Notes under the pieces: model-generated
What the model was told of the DNA's origin: nothing
Seen by the model: only the letters and a program-made list of their open reading frames with translations
The model's database searches: none
Program-made: the position numbers and the translations under genes
Shown: piece after piece, positions 61,774 to 64,000 of the stretch
How the letters are laid out: every line of letters begins with the position of its first letter
How positions within the stretch are numbered: position 1 is the first letter of the stretch
DNA from: Dehalococcoidia bacterium
Lineage (GTDB): Bacteria > Chloroflexota > Dehalococcoidia > UBA2979
Length of the DNA stretch: 64,000 bases
Assembly: GCA_965262725.1 (NCBI GenBank)
Contig: OZ253555.1
Coordinates: 2,976,001-3,040,000 of the forward strand
Reading direction: 5' to 3'

Positions 61774-63407
61774 GTGAGATCACCGCGCGGGACCGGTTCC
61801 GGGGCTGCCTGCTGGGCCTCGCGGCGGGTGACGCGCTCGGCACGACGCTGGAGTTCAAGCCGCCCGGCACCTTCGAGCCGATCGACGACATGGCCGGGGG
61901 CGGGCCGTTCAATCTGCAGCCCGGGCAGTGGACCGACGACACCTCGATGGCCCTCTGCCTCGCCACGAGCCTGATCGAGCAAGGCGGGTTCGACGCCACT
62001 GACCAGATGCAACGCTACGTGCGCTGGTGGCGGGAGGGCTACCTGTCCTCCACCGGACGCTGCTTCGACATCGGCACCACCGTGCGCGGTGCACTGTCAC
62101 GGTTCGAGCGGGACGGCAACCCGTACGCCGGTTCCACCGACCCGAACTCCGCCGGGAACGGTTCGCTGATGCGGCTGGCGCCCGTGCCGATGTACTTCTT
62201 GGCAGACCTCGAGGACGTCGTCGGCATGGCCGCCGACAGTTCCGAGACGACGCACGGAGCCCGGGAGGCAGTCGATGCCTGCCGCTACTTCGCCGCGCTG
62301 CTGTTCGACGCACTGCGCGGCGACGACAAGGAGACGTTCCTCTCCCCGAACTACTGGCCGATCTCGTGGTGGGAACCCGAACCGCTCGTGGAGAAGATCG
62401 CGCGCATCGCCGACGGGTCGTTCAAGGATCGCAACCCTCCGGACATCAAGGGCACGGGCTACGTCGTCGACGCGCTCGAGGCAGCCTTGTGGGCCTTCCA
62501 CCGTTCGCACGATTTCCGCGAAGGCGCCCTGCTCGCGGTGAACCTCGGCGACGACGCGGATACGACCGGCGCGATCTACGGGCAGATCGCGGGTGCCTAC
62601 TACGGGGTCGAGGCGATCCCGGACACGTGGCGGGATCGCCTGACGATGGTGGCTGAGATCACGTCGCTGGCCGACAGCCTCCATGACCATGCCCAGGAGC
62701 ACATGCCACCCGAGCTCCCGCCGCTCCGGGCCTCGAGCACCGAAGAGACAGTCACGGTTGCCGGCGTGCAGGCGCGCCGGGTCAGCGTCATCGTGTTGGG
62801 ACACACCGTGCAGCAGGCGCTGTTCTACGACATCGCCGAGGCGGAGGCCGCACACGGCCGACCGTTCGACGATGAACTGGACCGCGAGATCCAGATCACC
62901 ATGTTTGCCGTGGATCGCATTTGGATGGACGAAACGATGCATAAGGTCGCGTCCGCCACGAGCTACCCCATGGGTGGCATGTGCATACGGGCCGCAACCA
63001 TCAACGACTGCAACGAGATAGTGCCGGCCAGTGCCAGCTGGGTCGTCACCCGCGCCGATGGGACCGAGGTGGAGCGTGAACCCTGGAGTTGCGTCCCGGA
63101 CACACCCCCGATCTCGCATCTCGAACTGATCAAGGACCACGGCAAACTGGAATACGAGGGAGTTCCGGGCGCCGTACGCGCGATTCTTGAGTGGGAACTC
63201 CGCCTCGACAGGTACATCCTCGAGTGGCAGTCAGGGCTCATCCTTGGCCCGGCCGGCCATGGGCACGAGAGCACCATCACCGCGCTGCGCTACGTAACCA
63301 GGCGGAACGGCCAGCAGGTCCCGATCGATGATCAGGGTTGGGGACTTGCGAAGAACGGCCGGCGCGACCTGCGGTACAAGGGGCCGATTGGTCCTCCGCT
63401 CCCCTGA
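61770..63407 (+). CDS. ADP-ribosylglycohydrolase (DraG/ARH family) with unrecognised C-terminal domain
   Basis: GDALG, WTDDT, GNGSLMR, TH, NLGDDADTTGAI; about 230 extra residues. Confidence 0.9.
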   Translation: MSEITARDRFRGCLLGLAAGDALGTTLEFKPPGTFEPIDDMAGGGPFNLQPGQWTDDTSMALCLATSLIEQGGFDATDQMQRYVRWWREGYLSSTGRCFDIGTTVRGALSRFERDGNPYAGSTDPNSAGNGSLMRLAPVPMYFLADLEDVVGMAADSSETTHGAREAVDACRYFAALLFDALRGDDKETFLSPNYWPISWWEPEPLVEKIARIADGSFKDRNPPDIKGTGYVVDALEAALWAFHRSHDFREGALLAVNLGDDADTTGAIYGQIAGAYYGVEAIPDTWRDRLTMVAEITSLADSLHDHAQEHMPPELPPLRASSTEETVTVAGVQARRVSVIVLGHTVQQALFYDIAEAEAAHGRPFDDELDREIQITMFAVDRIWMDETMHKVASATSYPMGGMCIRAATINDCNEIVPASASWVVTRADGTEVEREPWSCVPDTPPISHLELIKDHGKLEYEGVPGAVRAILEWELRLDRYILEWQSGLILGPAGHGHESTITALRYVTRRNGQQVPIDDQGWGLAKNGRRDLRYKGPIGPPLP

Positions 63408-63562
63408 GCGAGCTCGCTCCTCCGCTCAGGACTACTGCGAGTGCGGCTGCCCGTGCCGTTGCACAGCGAGCAGTCCGCGTCGGCGGGTGCCTTCGGCATC
63501 AGCGGCGAGAACCCACCAGGTAGCGGAGGCGGGCGGCGCGGCGCTCGCTACACTCGGGGGCG

Positions 63563-64000
63563 ATGGGCGAATTGGTGATGGTGTACGGGCCCGCCGGATC
63601 CGGCAAGACCGGGCGGCTTGTCGATCATGCCGCGGGGCGCTACCAGGGCGACCGTTTCGCCTCGACGCTCGTGCTCGTGCCGACGGCGCGGCACGGCGAT
63701 CAGTTCCGCCGCCGCCTGGTCGCGCGGAGCGGCGTCGCGCTCAACCTCGATGTCTCCACGCTGGCCCGGTACGCGCGCCTGCACGCCGCCGGGCGGACGC
63801 TGTCGCGGGACGTGGCGGCGGATCTGCTGCGGCGCGTCTCCATGGACCGCATCGCCTCGGGCGGGGCCGGCCGCTTCGAGCCGATCGCCGAGAAGCCGGG
63901 CCTGCACACGCTCATCGCCGAGGCCGTGGCGGAGCTGGTGGCGGCGGCCGTCGAGCCCACGGACTTCGCGCAGGCCGCCACGGGCGCCGAGAGCGCCGAC
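63563..64000 (+). CDS. AddB/RexB-like helicase-nuclease subunit, N-terminus (runs off window; not in ORF track)
   Basis: Manual translation MGELVMVYGPAGSGKT..TLVLVPT; open to window end; TACACT box upstream. Confidence 0.65.
   Translation, partial: MGELVMVYGPAGSGKTGRLVDHAAGRYQGDRFASTLVLVPTARHGDQFRRRLVARSGVALNLDVSTLARYARLHAAGRTLSRDVAADLLRRVSMDRIASGGAGRFEPIAEKPGLHTLIAEAVAELVAAAVEPTDFAQAATGAESAD

Overview
A very GC-rich bacterial chromosomal region. Gene content (form II cox-like genes, double CaiB, luciferase-like monooxygenase, GreA with N-terminal extension, caa3 oxidase with system I Ccm) suggests a Chloroflexota/Dehalococcoidia-like organism; this is inference only. Bases 1-3806 are a stack of mobile elements. 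A group II intron has its reverse transcriptase gene interrupted by a related, ORF-less group II intron (a twintron; precise removal of 498-1359 restores the RT frame). Each intron has EBS1/EBS2 candidates matching its own target. Beside them is a frameshifted IS5-family element at the CTAG overlapping the coxM-like stop codon. The middle holds catabolic and housekeeping genes. One is a hidden PrdB/GrdB-like selenoprotein (in-frame UGA in a U-x-x-C motif, followed by a SECIS-like hairpin), with a probable coupled CTG-start partner ORF, divergent from a triple-RidA operon. A 14-kb cytochrome caa3 oxidase/Ccm/heme A supercluster follows. The right end has tRNA-Ala(GGC), then a small foreign-looking islet (truncated Cx5R phosphatase, ADP-ribosylglycohydrolase fused to an unrecognised domain) and the start of an AddB-like gene. 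All calls come from reading motifs by eye; no database searches were run.
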